Part shown: positions 40,004 through 51,917 of the stretch, piece by piece
Layout of the letters: the number at the start of each line of letters is the position of its first letter
How positions within the stretch are numbered: position 1 is the stretch's first letter
The notes under the pieces: generated by a model
What the model saw: only the letters and a program-made list of their open reading frames with translations
Databases searched by the model: none
Told to the model about the DNA's origin: nothing
NCBI GenBank assembly: GCA_964016885.1
Contig: OZ024743.1
Span: 342,488,001-342,552,000, forward strand
From: Eledone cirrhosa
Lineage: Eukaryota
DNA length: 64,000 nucleotides
Reading direction: 5' to 3'
Program-made: the position numbers and the translations under genes

Positions 40004-41590
40004 ATATGAGAGACGTAAAATAAGAAAATTATAAATTTAACTTACTTACTAAAATATCACTTCCAACTAATAAGTTTCTGGAATGGAATAAATATATTTT
40101 CCGAAGAAAACACAGAGAATCATTCCGTCGTCAGGGAAGACTATTCTCATCTAAGTATCCAGGCAAAGCGTCGACTCTGGAAACTTATTAAAAAATAATT
40201 CAGTGGATAGAAAATAGCAAAGCGTGGACTGAATTTCTAGCCATTGAGAAAATCACTGCCTCTGCGTCGGTGGCAAATTCAAAAAGAAACAATCACGTGA
40301 CATCGAGGGCAATCAGTTGAAAGTGGTTTGCTAATAAGACAGCGGCCTGCCTGCTACCATAGCAGCAGTCATGGCCAATATTGCTCGACAAATAATTTGG
40401 AGATAATTATAAAGAATTAATATCTAGTAACATATATATACATACAGATGCATATCAATGCTAGCAAATATATAGGTTTTGTCTTAGTAACGTTGTGGTT
40501 CAATGCATGGGGTTGCAGAACAATAATATGAGAGACGTAAAATAAGAAAATTATAAAATTAACTTACTTACTAAAATATCACTTCCAACTAATTAGTTTC
40601 TGGAATGGAATAAATATATTTTCCGAAGAAGACACAGAGAATTATTCCGTCGTCAGGGAAGACTATTCTCATCTAAGTATCCAGGCAAAGCGTGGACTCT
40701 GGAAACTTATTAAAAAATAATTCAATGGATAGAAAATAGCAAAGCGTGGACTGAATTCCTAGCCATTGAGAAAATCACTGCCTCTGCGTCGGTGGCAAAT
40801 TCAAAACGAATAGTCTTCCCTGACGACGGAATGATTCTCTATGTTTTCTTCGGAAAATATATTTATTCCATTCCAGAAACTAATTAGTTGGAAGTGATAT
40901 TTTAGTAAGTAAGTTAATTTTATAATTTTCTTATTTTACGTCTCTCATATTATTGTTCTGCAACCCCATGCATTGAACCACAAAGTTACTAAGACAAAAC
41001 CTATATATTTGCTAGCATTGATATGCATCTGTATGTATATATATGTTACTAGATATTAATTCTTTATAATTATCTCCAAATTATTTGTCGAGCAATATCG
41101 GCCATGACTGCTGCTATGGTAGCAGGCAGGCCGCTGTCTTATTAGCAAACCACTTTCCACTGATTGACCTCGATGTCACGTGATTGATTCTTTTTGAATT
41201 TGCCACCGACGCAGAGGCAGTGATTTTCTCAATGGCTAGGAATTCAGTCCACGCTTTGCTATTTTCTATCCACTGAATTATTTTTTAATAAGTTTCCAGA
41301 GTCCACGCTTTGCCTGGATACTTAGATGAGAATAGTCTTCCCTGACGACGGAATGATTCTCTGTGTTTTCTTCGGAAAATATATTTATTCCATTCCAGAA
41401 ACTAATTAGTTGGAAGTGATATTTTAGTAAGTAAGTTAATTTTATAATTTTCTTAATTTACGTCTCTCATATTATTGTTCTGCAACCCCATGCATTGAAC
41501 CACAACGTTACTAAGACAAAACCTATATATTTGCTAGCATTGATATGCATCTGTATGTATATATATGTTACTAGATATTAATTCTTTATA
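40004..41590. mobile_element. Tandem plus inverted array of the 522-bp hammerhead unit (four ribozymes)
   Basis: Period 522 bp on both arms (ATGAGAGACG at 40006 and 40528; CTGACGA at 40820 and 41342); strand switch at ~40807; hammerheads 40060-40139 (-), 40582-40661 (-), 40815-40894 (+), 41337-41416 (+). Confidence 0.93.
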
Positions 41591-41628
41591 TATACATATG
41601 TATATATACATTTACATATACATATATA

Positions 41629-41682
<54 letters not shown>

Positions 41683-42184
41683 TCAGACACACATACATAC
41701 ACCCACATATACATATATATATGTGTGTGAATGGCTACATGAAACAGTTGCTACAGTAGCTATATGGGTTAGCTTATACACCAGTAGACGCACACACACT
41801 CACATATAATATACGTAGCTACATACACCCACGTGTATATACATGCAGATGTCTGTATCTCTGCATATACACACACCCTCAGATATATGCCTGCTCATAG
41901 GCCCGCACATTCATACAACTATATCAGTCTGTAGGCGTGTACTCATGCATACACCCAAACTCAGGTATATGTGTATGTACTAGCAGTGCGTCTAGATAAA
42001 TATCATATAGGAATATATGGTGGTAAAATTTGTTTTAGGATATGAGAAGGGTGAGAATGTGATAGTAATGGGAAATAAATGTAATGGTAGTAATAATGGT
42101 GATGAAATTGGTGATACAAATGGAAGTGATGAAACCAATAGACTAATACTAATAATGCTATTGGTAGTGTTATATGCAATGTTA

Positions 42185-42810
42185 TGAAAAACTAATACAT
42201 GTATTACTCACCATGTTTAATAACATCTGACTGATCAAATGACAAGTCAGGCAATCATATTGGTGGCGTCCCCACAGCCCCGGCGGACAGAATAGAGAAG
42301 GCGTTTTCCCGGAGGACGGCAAGGGAGACGCGTTGGAACAGCCATTCCAACTGGCGGAGCTCACACCTGCAGCTGGCCTGCTCAGCGCCTATGGTGGTGA
42401 TTAGCGAGGTAGCCCTAGGGCCCTGGACACCAGACGTCTCCACTGCCAAGGGTACAACCGCAAACCTGTCGGAGAGCGACCGGTATTTGAGGAGTTTGGC
42501 CTCTTCAGCCCGACATGCAGCAGAACCTGGGTTAGTCGCAGACTGCACCAGGTTGCGGCTGCAGAAAGTGTCGGTGCAAGTGGCATCCCAGACGAATGGT
42601 TTGCCAGGCGGAACGGGAAGATGGTCATGCCATCTGGTCTTTTGCCAGCCCCTTGGTCCTGCCCTACCGGCTCGGGCTGGGAAGGGAAGCCTGAGCGTCC
42701 AAGCCATGCTTTATGACCTCGTTGAGGGCAGCCTGGGGCGTGGAAGGCAGCCGGCACTGTGGTGACAGGAAAGCGGGTGGAAGCCGAAAGAGTCGACGGT
42801 GGATCCACAG
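42185..42810 (-). mobile_element. CRE-clade non-LTR retrotransposon 3' fragment
   Basis: ALNEVIKHGL, GKRPDGMT.FP, VWDATCTDT, AEEAKLLKY, PLAVETSG..GP, LFQRVSLAVLRENA across frames. Confidence 0.88.
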
Positions 42811-43007
42811 GTAATTTATAGGATGCTGGTGGTTTGTGTTTGTTTCTTGTGTTTGCGATGAATGTTCATGTGGGTGAGAGTGGTGAATACATAGTGATAT
42901 GTTTAATAATGAGGGACATGATGAAGAATATAATATTAACAAGAATAACAATGGTAATGAATATAACAGTAGTAATGAGGACGATGATAAAGTTGATGAG
43001 ATATGAT

Positions 43008-43192
43008 AATAATTGTTTATACTTTAGGCACAAGGCCAGCAATTACCCAGTGCATTACTGGTACTTTATTTTATCGACTCCGTAAGAATGAAAGGCAAAG
43101 TTAACCTCGGCAGGATTTGAACTCAGATCGTAAAGGGACGTAACTATGCTGGAAAGCTAGGCGTTCGACCCTCTACTGATAATGCCAATCCA
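43008..43192 (-). mobile_element. SINE, short form
   Basis: Family match; ATGATAATAATTGT occurs on both sides. Confidence 0.9.
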
Positions 43193-43249
43193 CATGATAA
43201 TAATTGTGGTAGTTAATAGGATGTTGTGTCTTTCGTTGTCTGAGTTCAG

Positions 43250-44550
43250 GTGGTTATGTTTGGGTTTGTCCGTGGCTACTGCCCGAATACTATGGCGGAG
43301 ATTGTATGCTTTTTCGTTTGTCTGCAGTTTATGAGGATTTCCGATCTCAAATTATTAGCCGATTTTAATTTAAGGATCTCTGCCGATTCTGCCAGACACA
43401 ACTTGCACAGGCTTCCTCCTCTGGAATGTTGGGCCACGCGTCTCCTTAAGGGCCAGTTGATCTGGTATTTCAGGTTCCTATCCTTGAGGTCCCAGATCAA
43501 ATCAGCCAGTCTGGTTTGGGAACGCTTAGTTCTGTGGTTGAAAAACAGCTTCTGTGGTTATACAGTCGCTCCTTAAAGGTTGTTGAGGTTGTGCTTATAT
43601 AGGTGTATTCCTTGTGCCCAGCAATGACATCGCAATGGTGTACAATGTTCATGATGAGACACTCTCTGCCCAGTGGGCATTCCTCTGGCTTTTTGCAATT
43701 GCACCTAAGGGCTATTGCATTATTGGTATGTTGCTGGCTGGTCTCATTTTGGTTGGAGTTGGCTTGTTGTTGAGCATTGTTGTGTATTATCTGTGTAGTG
43801 TTATTTTGTGTTGTGTTAGTGATTGCTTGGGGTGCTTGTTTATGTTTGCGTATTTTGATCCTATTAGTGTATGTTATACTGTCGGCTAGATTGGGTGTTA
43901 TGGAGAAGGAGAATTTTACTGTGTGTCTGTTAAAGAGCTTGTAGTATTTGTGTGTCGGTGGAAAGGATTAGTCGAGGGCCCTGGAGAATGTTCCTGGGAT
44001 ATTGATAGCAATGTACATCGTTGTACCATGTTGTACCATGGTTCTGCTCCGGCTCCTACGATGTTTAGTGCGGTTGTTGTGGCTTGGTGTGTTTGTGGGT
44101 GTGTTGTGGTCTGGCGATACTGTCTTGCGTGATCTGGTGTGGTTTGTATTGTTTAATCTTCGGTCCCTATTAATACGTATTTGTGTGCTAGGCGTCCTGT
44201 CCTTAGAGTGGTAGCAGTGTATGGCTTTACCTCCTTGGCAGTGGTATGTGTCACTGCCTGGCCTGTCGGCTAGTGGTGATCCTTGCGTGGTAGTTACTCT
44301 AGGAGGGGGGGGGGGGGGGGCGTTCTTATCAATACGTGTTGCTAAAGGCCTGTGTTGATTGTGTATGGTTGTGATGTTAGTCTGGTCGTTGTATTTGATG
44401 TTATCTTTGTATCCAGCCGTTTTTAGTGTGGAGTTGTATTATCCTGCCGGCAGGGTGGACACTCTGTTAGATACGCTCTTAATTAACTATAGAGTTAATG
44501 ATGTTCTTATGGTGGTTGGAGCGTCTATTAACATACTTCAAGTTTTGATT

Positions 44551-44560
<10 letters not shown>
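43250..44560 (-). mobile_element. Penelope-like element remnant (RT thumb, linker, GIY-YIG)
   Basis: KPNQNLKYVNRRSNH near 44510-44555; CNCKKPEECPLGREC...YTYISTT..FKER 43560-43720; IWDLKD...CKLCLAE...NLRSEILINCR in ORF 43276-43500. Confidence 0.88.
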
Positions 44561-44588
<28 letters not shown>

Positions 44589-44727
44589 AAAGAGTTAACA
44601 TGAAGTTACTGTAGGTTCACCCAGATGAGCACTCGATGTTTAGATTCACGCCTGTAGCGAGGTGTAGAGCTAAACAACTATATACGGTAGAACTATATAT
44701 ATCTATAAATGTAAGTATGCACACGCA

Positions 44728-44845
<118 letters not shown>

Positions 44846-44865
44846 CATGTATATATATATGTACA

Positions 44866-45600
44866 ATGATATTAAATAAATGGAAACTATATTTATAAAA
44901 CCATATTTATGCTATTACGGGTACCAACATTTTGGTACGCTATCATCAGATAAAATACAAAATGTTTTATAAATATTTGACATAACCTTATAATATACCT
45001 TAACGGTTCAAGTTATCCCTGGAAAGTGAAGGGAAGAGAAAAAAGTCAGATATTTCAAATTATTAAGGTGAGTATGCAAATAAGGTATATGTAAAGGGGC
45101 TGAAAAAAACGTTATTTTAGACGCTATGGAAAGAAGAGAAAGGAAGAAGGGCTAGGATTTACGTTAATTTGGGGGAAAATCTTCTTTCCTACGCATACAA
45201 TAACTTATCATAATTATTTAAATTTTCCATAGCGTCTAAAATAACGTTTTTTTCAGCCCTTTTACATAAACCTCATTTGCATACTCATCTTAATAATTTG
45301 AAATATCTAACTTTTTTCTCCTCCCTTCACTTTCCAGGGATAACTTGAACCGTTAAGGTATATAATCCTTGGTTATGTCAAATATTTATAAAACATTTTG
45401 TATTTTATCTGAAGATAGCGTACCAAAATGTTGGTACCCTTGAAATATATATAATAGAATAAATATGGTTTTATAAATATAGTTTCTATTTATTTAATAT
45501 CATCGTATATTATACTCCAGAAAAACTATTGAGTGCTCTGAATCAGTTATAAACATTTATATTTGTTGAATTACCAACAAATTGAATATCCCTTCTGCTT
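44866..45600. mobile_element. Solo inverted pLTR pair of the 0.1-2.3 kb PLE family
   Basis: 44866-45135 is the reverse complement of 45222-45505; both match 2050-2330; intact hammerhead 45401-45461 (+), GAAA deleted in the minus arm. Confidence 0.88.
45401..45461 (+). ncRNA. Minimal type-I hammerhead ribozyme
   Basis: TATTTTAT-CTGAAGA-tAGcGTACCAA(aatg)TTGGTACcCTt-GAAA-T(ATAT)A-TA-ATAGAATA. Confidence 0.82.
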
Positions 45601-46029
45601 ATATATATATAATGTTAGATTCGTTTGTAAACAAATGGCCCGATTTAAAGCTGTGCAGTGTGCATCCTTACATTTATGTACTAGCTGTGCTAGAGCGAAA
45701 AATAAAATTCTAATTTTATTTATATTTATATATATATTATATTTATATATATATTATATTTATATATATATACACACATATAGATAGATATGTTTCTTTA
45801 TTAGCCACAGGGGCACAAAAGAAGGGGACAAATACAAAGGGGGAAGTTTACATACAATAAAAACGTGTAAAATGTTATCACAAATGCAATTTAAAAAATT
45901 GGTCGATTTTCTCCAATAGGGGGAGACAGTTTATATGGGTAACACATACCCTCGAAAAAATGTGAAACCCTCATCTCCAGGAGTACGAAGAGTTTGTACT
46001 CCTTTCCTCTCCTCCTCCTTTTCCTCAAC

Positions 46030-49000
46030 CTACAGGCTGATATAAAGAGAAGGCCCATTCACTCGGGCCATTCTCGCCACTTTCACCCACCTTTCATAAA
46101 ACTTGCTGGGGTACAGCACCTCTCTCTCCATCCTGATTCTTCTTCCAAAGTGGTATTTGAAAAAAGGAATCAGTTGTTGGCCGGAGAGAAAGATGTCTGA
46201 CCTCAGCCCTTTCAACCTTGTCCACCATACAACCTCTTTCGCCATAGCTATCACACAAAGGAAAACCGCCTCTCCTTCGTTTTTGAAGGAGGGTGGCGGT
46301 TTTATCATGACAATGGACTCGGTGGTCAACCGGATTGGTCCCACCCACGACAATATTCGTTCTACATAGCCCCACAGGTCAGTGACGCCCGGGCAGTGTA
46401 TGAATGCGTGCGCGATGGTTTCTTCGTTACGCATGCACCTCGGACAGATCTTTTTTGCAGGGTCCCTGCCCGGGTGCCCATGTCTGTAGAGCTTGTCTCG
46501 AACTGGTAGAGCTCCTCGGTAGCACTGCCAGGCCAGGGACTTTTGGAAGTTGTCCATCGGTCCCGGGCAGAAGGTCCTACCGAGCAGACTGGTCAGTTCA
46601 TCTTCCTCTACGCCTAGAGTTTCACCGAGCGCGTCGTCGCACTTGCTGCGGATCAACCCTCTATAGAATGACGAAGTGGAGTCTCCACTGATCGCCGGGT
46701 CCGCCTGCCAGAGGGCTGTGAGCGCCTGAGCACATTCGATGTGCCAGTCGCCCATTTTCCTCGGTCTTTGCTTGACCCAGGATTGCAGCTTGGTGAGTGA
46801 GACGAGTCGTGGGAAGGCTCGCCTCACGAACGGGGCCCACACCGGTTGTCCGGTCAGGAATACGTAGAGATGCCGCAGACTGAGCGCGTGTTTGCGCATC
46901 GTCAACCACGGCATCCCCAGCCCTCCGTTAGAAGGGTGTTGGCAGCAGAGGGATCTTCTCACCAAAGGAGCCCGCCTCTTCCAAAGGAATTGGAAGAGCG
47001 CCCGCGCCATTTTGGCGAGCGTTTTGGCTGGACAAGGCACGACGGTCAAGCGGTAGTAGATGGCGGACGCTATAAAAGTGTTCGCCACTCCGCTTGACCT
47101 TTCAAGGATAGTTTGCACTCGGCACACTTCTGGGTGAGTGCAAACACCTTGGCCGTCACTTCGTTCCAGTTCATCTCCACCTGGAGGTCCGGACCAAACC
47201 AGACCCCGAGCAGCTTTACCGGTCCTTCCGTCCAGCGTCCGACGACGCCATCGGAAGGCATCGGTCTGCCTCTCCACGATCCGAGTTGCAAACCGATGGA
47301 CTTATCCCGGTTTAGCTTCGCTCCTGTGAAACTTTCGTATTCCTTCAGTAATGTGGCGACTTCCTCGATTTGCGAGGCGCTCGACATCAATACTGTCACG
47401 TCGTCGGCGTAGGCCGACGACGCTTTCCGCAGTCCCGGTTCCAGAGGCATGCCCTGCAATAGCTCCAACTTCCGCAGTAGTGGCTCTAGAGTCAGTACGT
47501 ACAGAAGGGAGGAGAGAGGGCATCCCTGTCGAATGGATCGCGTAATATGGAACGGCTCCGAGAGGTAGCCGTTCACCTTGACCCTTGAGCAGATGTTGCT
47601 GTCGTGCATTGCAGCAATCCAGCCCCTGAACATGGGTCCGAAGCCTGCCGCCTCGAGCACCGCATCCAGGTAACGATGGTCAACCCTATCGAAAGCCTTA
47701 GACTGATCCAAGTTGATCAGGGCCCCACCGAAGCCGGGTTTACACCCTACCCTCTCTATGATGTATCGCATGAGGTGGAGGTTGTTGTGTATGGACCTGG
47801 TCGGGATTGCGCATGTCTGCGCTTCTTCCACAAGGTTCTCGACGACAAGCGCCAGCCTCTTTGCCAACACCTTGGCCAAAATCTGTAACTCTGTGTTTAG
47901 CAGAGTTATGGGCCGGAAGTTGCCTATGTCATCCCCCTTATTATCGTCCTTCCTGATTAGTGTGACCACGCCCCCAGTTACAGAACTGGAAATTCTCCCG
48001 TTCTGTTGCCAGTTGCAGTAGACCGCTTCCAGGAGACCGGAGAATAAGTCCGGCATTGCTACGTAAAATTCGTAGGGTAGACCGTCGAGACCTGGAGATT
48101 TGCGTTTGCCGCATTGGCTCAGCGCGTCCCCTATCTCAGTGGCTGAAATCGGCTTTTCGCAGAACTTCGCCTCGCTGTCCGAGAGTCGCGGTAGGCCGTC
48201 GAGGTATGGACCGAAATCCATAGCCTCTCCCGGCGCGCCGCTCCCCCCGAACAGCCGAGCAAAGTGCCGCTGAAAAGCCGCACACATCTGCTTTGGCTCA
48301 CGTATCACGCGTCCGTTTTGGTCCCTCAAAGACCGAATCGTGGACTTGTTGCCACTTTTTGCCTCCGTCACCCGGGCCCAGCTAACAGCTTTGGCTCCCT
48401 CGTTTCCCAGAGCACGTATTTTGCTTCTGACAACGCAGCCCTCGTTCTTTGCGTCGAAGAACTGGTCCAAGGCCGTTCTCGTTGCTAGCACACTGGCTAC
48501 GTTGCCACTTCTAATTGCCTCTTCTACTTTATCTACCAGTTCCTTCTCGGTTCTATTTCTATCTAACGCTAATTCTTTACTAAAAACTATCGAGTCTAAT
48601 CTAACTGCCCTCTTGAGAGAGTACCACCATCTGTTGTTGACAATGGCCCCTGTCAAGTGCTGTTTAACTAAAGTGCTAATCCGTCTACTGTAGGCTTTGC
48701 TTGTCGGTAACGACGAGTTCAGCTTCCAGTAGCCGGGTCCTTGTCTATGGGTTCTATCAATGTTGGCCATGTAGGTCACTAGTTTGTGATCTGAATAGGC
48801 AACCATGAACATTTGTGGACAGCTTAACATGTCCCTATCCTTATTTCTAACTAGAACCCTATCTAGGTACGATCTAGATGTTCCGCTACGATTACTCCAA
48901 GTCCACAGTGGCGCAGTCGGAAAATCTAGTCGATATCTATCGGCCAGGTCAAATCGGTCGATTAACTGTTTGAGGCTGTTACACCCCCCTTTATCGGGAC

Positions 49001-49466
49001 ATGCTCCCACATAGTCCCAACGTGCATCTAGGATTCCATTCCAGTCCCCCACTAAAAGCAAGGAACGGGACGTTCCCAGAAAAGTCTCTAGACGTTTGAA
49101 GAAGTCTGGCCGCGGTGTCCCGGATGGGGCATATGCGGCCACCAGCCTGAACGCTCCACCTTCACTACCGTCAACGTCTAGGACCACCAGTCGACCCTCC
49201 AGGTCCAGATGTACCGTCTGTGTTACGAGGCCCAGGTGTTTCCGCAGCAAAACGGCAACTCCGCCCTCACCCCCCGGTTGACAGAGAGATGCGTAGATCT
49301 CAATGTCATCGAAGATGGGGGCCAGCTGTCGCTCGCCGTGGATCCTGGACTCGCAAATGGCTACCACATCCAAACTGTGCGACCTGAGGTCGTTTAAGAG
49401 TTTGCCCTGTTTCCAGGGCATCCCCAGGCCGCGTACGTTCACACATCCAACTCTTATATTGGCCAT
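46030..49466 (-). pseudogene. ORF2 of copy A (APE endonuclease, reverse transcriptase, C-terminal zinc motif), frameshift near 47090
   Basis: CVNVRGL, ICESR, VGDWN, SYLDRV, YSDHKL; KSPGLDG, FRPITLLN, DQSKAFD, RQGCPLS, YADD; CPRC...H...C; split over ORFs 47070-49466 and 46030-47277. Confidence 0.95.
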
Positions 49467-49499
49467 GTTGGTGCTGAAAAGTTAAAAGAGGAAAAGAGA

Positions 49500-51415
49500 T
49501 CACTCACCCTTCGCCTCCTGGGGACCAGGCCGCACGATTTCCATGGGGGTGTTGGAGGGGTTGTCTGGATGGGTGGTGGTTTCCGGCGGGGTGGGGACGC
49601 AGATGTTTGGTGGGGTGGGGTCTGGTGGGATGGGGGTGTCTGGGGTGGGGAGGCATTTGAGAAGGACGCGGTTGAGTGGTTTCGCGCAGGAATTCCCCAC
49701 ATCCTTCTCAAATGTTTCTTTTAGGGACCTATAAGTTTGTATAGGGACCCTAATCAGTTTTAGGTTCAGTTTTTTGCTATTTTTTATAGAGTGGGCGAAA
49801 GTTTTCCCTTCGGTGAAAACCGAAGGGTCGTTCGTGATGGTCTCCATTAGTGTTTTGTTTTCAGTGTTTATGTAAGTGTAAGTGTAATTTTCTTGTGTTG
49901 TGTTTGTTTTTGTCTGTAGTTCTTGTGTGTGCTTCGTTTTGTTGTAGGTATTTTGTTTTCAGGAGGTGGGGGTTTTGTTTGTGATATTTTTGTTGTTTGT
50001 GTTGGTGGTTGTATGTTTGTGGTAGTGTTTGCTGGTTTTTTACTTTTGTGATGTCTTTTCTTTCTTTTCGAGCGATGGGGTTCTCCCTCGTCTTCACTGG
50101 GTGATGGCGAGATAGCCTCATCTGTTGTATCGTCTGTGTGATTGGGGAGGGGTATGTCTTGGGGAGCTGTTGTGTCTGTATGTGATTTTGCAGTGGTTTT
50201 AGGTGGAGTGGGGTTGGGTGGGACTGTGTTTGTTGTGGTTATTTTTGTGTGTTGGTGTTGTTGTTGTGGTGGTGGTGTTGGTGGTTGTGTTGTTTTGATG
50301 GGTGTCGGCAGAAGAGCCTTTTTTTGGTTCATTAGTTTAGGACAGGAAGCCCTCAGGTGACCCCTGCTAAAGCAATGGTAACATGAAGGCCGCCTACCCT
50401 CAACCGAAAGGTTTATGTAGGTGAGTCCGTCCAGGAGTACACGCTGTGGGATCATAGCTATTCGCTCTGGGCTCATTTGCACCAGAACTTCAATGCTAGT
50501 CCCATTGAATACATCTCTGGGGGACTTTCCTACTGACAGTATTCTGTCTTCATCAAAATTGATGAAGCCGCACAGTATCCACCATATGTTCACCTTTGGT
50601 GTGACACTTGTGATTCTGATCTTTTGTGTCCTTTTTCCCATGTATGTAGGGAAAAAGGTGTACAGGTTGGATACAATTGGCGACACAGAGTAATTTTGGG
50701 CCGTCAATTGATCCTTCATGAGTACCGAAATACTCCCAAAAAGTTTGCTTCTTTGAATGAATGCAATATCATTCATTGAATCTTTGAAAACCAGTTCAAT
50801 ATCTTTCTGTGACAATTGGACTGGTTTTCGGGTAGAATTGGAAACTGTCCTAAAAACTATCGTTTTGAGAGCAGTTTCCTTGCGAATTTCTACCGGAGAA
50901 TTGATGCTGAAAGCACCATTTTTTTCGAAGTTGACATATCTCTTAGCGTCCTTTAAAAGGTGTTCAGCATTTGTTATGTCGAGATATATCAATTGTTCTT
51001 TCTTTTGAACTTTCACCGCAAAGGAGATTTTTGGTTTCTTTGTGGAATCCGTATTGGTGGTGTTGTCATTATTGTTGTTATTGTTGTTGTTATTCTTGTT
51101 GTCACCGATGTTGGTATCATCCGTATTTTCCTTGGTGTTGTTGTTGTCTTTGATGCTGGTGTTATTGGCGTTGTCTTTATTTTTTTCTTTGTTGTTGTTA
51201 TCATTGTTGCTTTTATCATCATTATTGGTTTTGCTGTTATTTTTGTTGTCATTGAGCTGTTTGGTGTCATTTGTGTTGTTTGGATGTGAATTCGTTTTTT
51301 TATTTTCATTTTGTCTTTCCATCTCTATAGTATCTAGTGAAGAAGACGTTTTTGACTGCGAGCTTTGTAGTCTTACCGCCTCTCCACCACCATTATCGTT
51401 GGACGCAGCGTTCAT
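49500..51415 (-). pseudogene. ORF1 (gag-like, CCHC knuckle) of copy A, frameshift near 49860
   Basis: CYHCFSRGHLRASC; ORFs 49868-51415 and 49500-49847 together are colinear with ORF1 of copy B. Confidence 0.9.
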
Positions 51416-51633
51416 AACGTGATCAAAATTTTACAATATTTTTTCCAAGATTCGATGGAGAAAAATTTTTTAAATGGATATTCCGCCCCTGAAGGGGCGA
51501 AAATGAGTTGACCCACCACCTGAAGGTCCAGACGGGTGGTCAAGTTACACAATGATATAAAATTTAACTAAAAACTCACGTTTTTTTCTTACATAAATTA
51601 ACGGAAACTTCTCCGCGAAGTGACACACGACTG

Positions 51634-51643
51634 ATAGAGAGAG

Positions 51644-51702
<59 letters not shown>
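51634..51702 (+). repeat. (GA)n/(GATA)n microsatellite between copies A and B
   Basis: Direct reading. Confidence 0.98.
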
Positions 51703-51703
<1 letters not shown>

Positions 51704-51917
51704 TTCTTTATTTACCATAAAGGCATAAAAAGAAGGGACAAATACAAAGGGGGAGTTTACATATAATCGAGTAAAAAGGGTGTAACATGAAAATAATCGA
51801 AAATAACCTCAAAAGGGAGGGGACGTGATGGGGGTTGCACACACCCCCGAAAAAGTGTGCAATCCTTTGCCCGGGGAGCACATGGAGAAGGTGCTCCCCT
51901 CTCCTTTACTTCTTTAC

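Larger units (their letters stand above)
45793..51633 (-). mobile_element. Tx1/L1-clade LINE copy A, full length with one frameshift in each ORF
   Basis: ORF1 plus APE-RT-zinc ORF2; AATAAA at the 3' end (45797-45802); bounded by GATA repeats. Confidence 0.95.

Noticed and set aside
40004-41590. CRISPR-like or simple satellite interpretation of tandem repeats
   Set aside because: Eukaryotic context, no repeat-spacer pattern; unit is 522 bp and dispersed with a ribozyme
49474-49507. 34-nt GT...CAG mini-intron between ORF1 and ORF2 of copy A that might fuse the ORFs
   Set aside because: Too short for typical splicing, and copy B has no AG in the equivalent spacer
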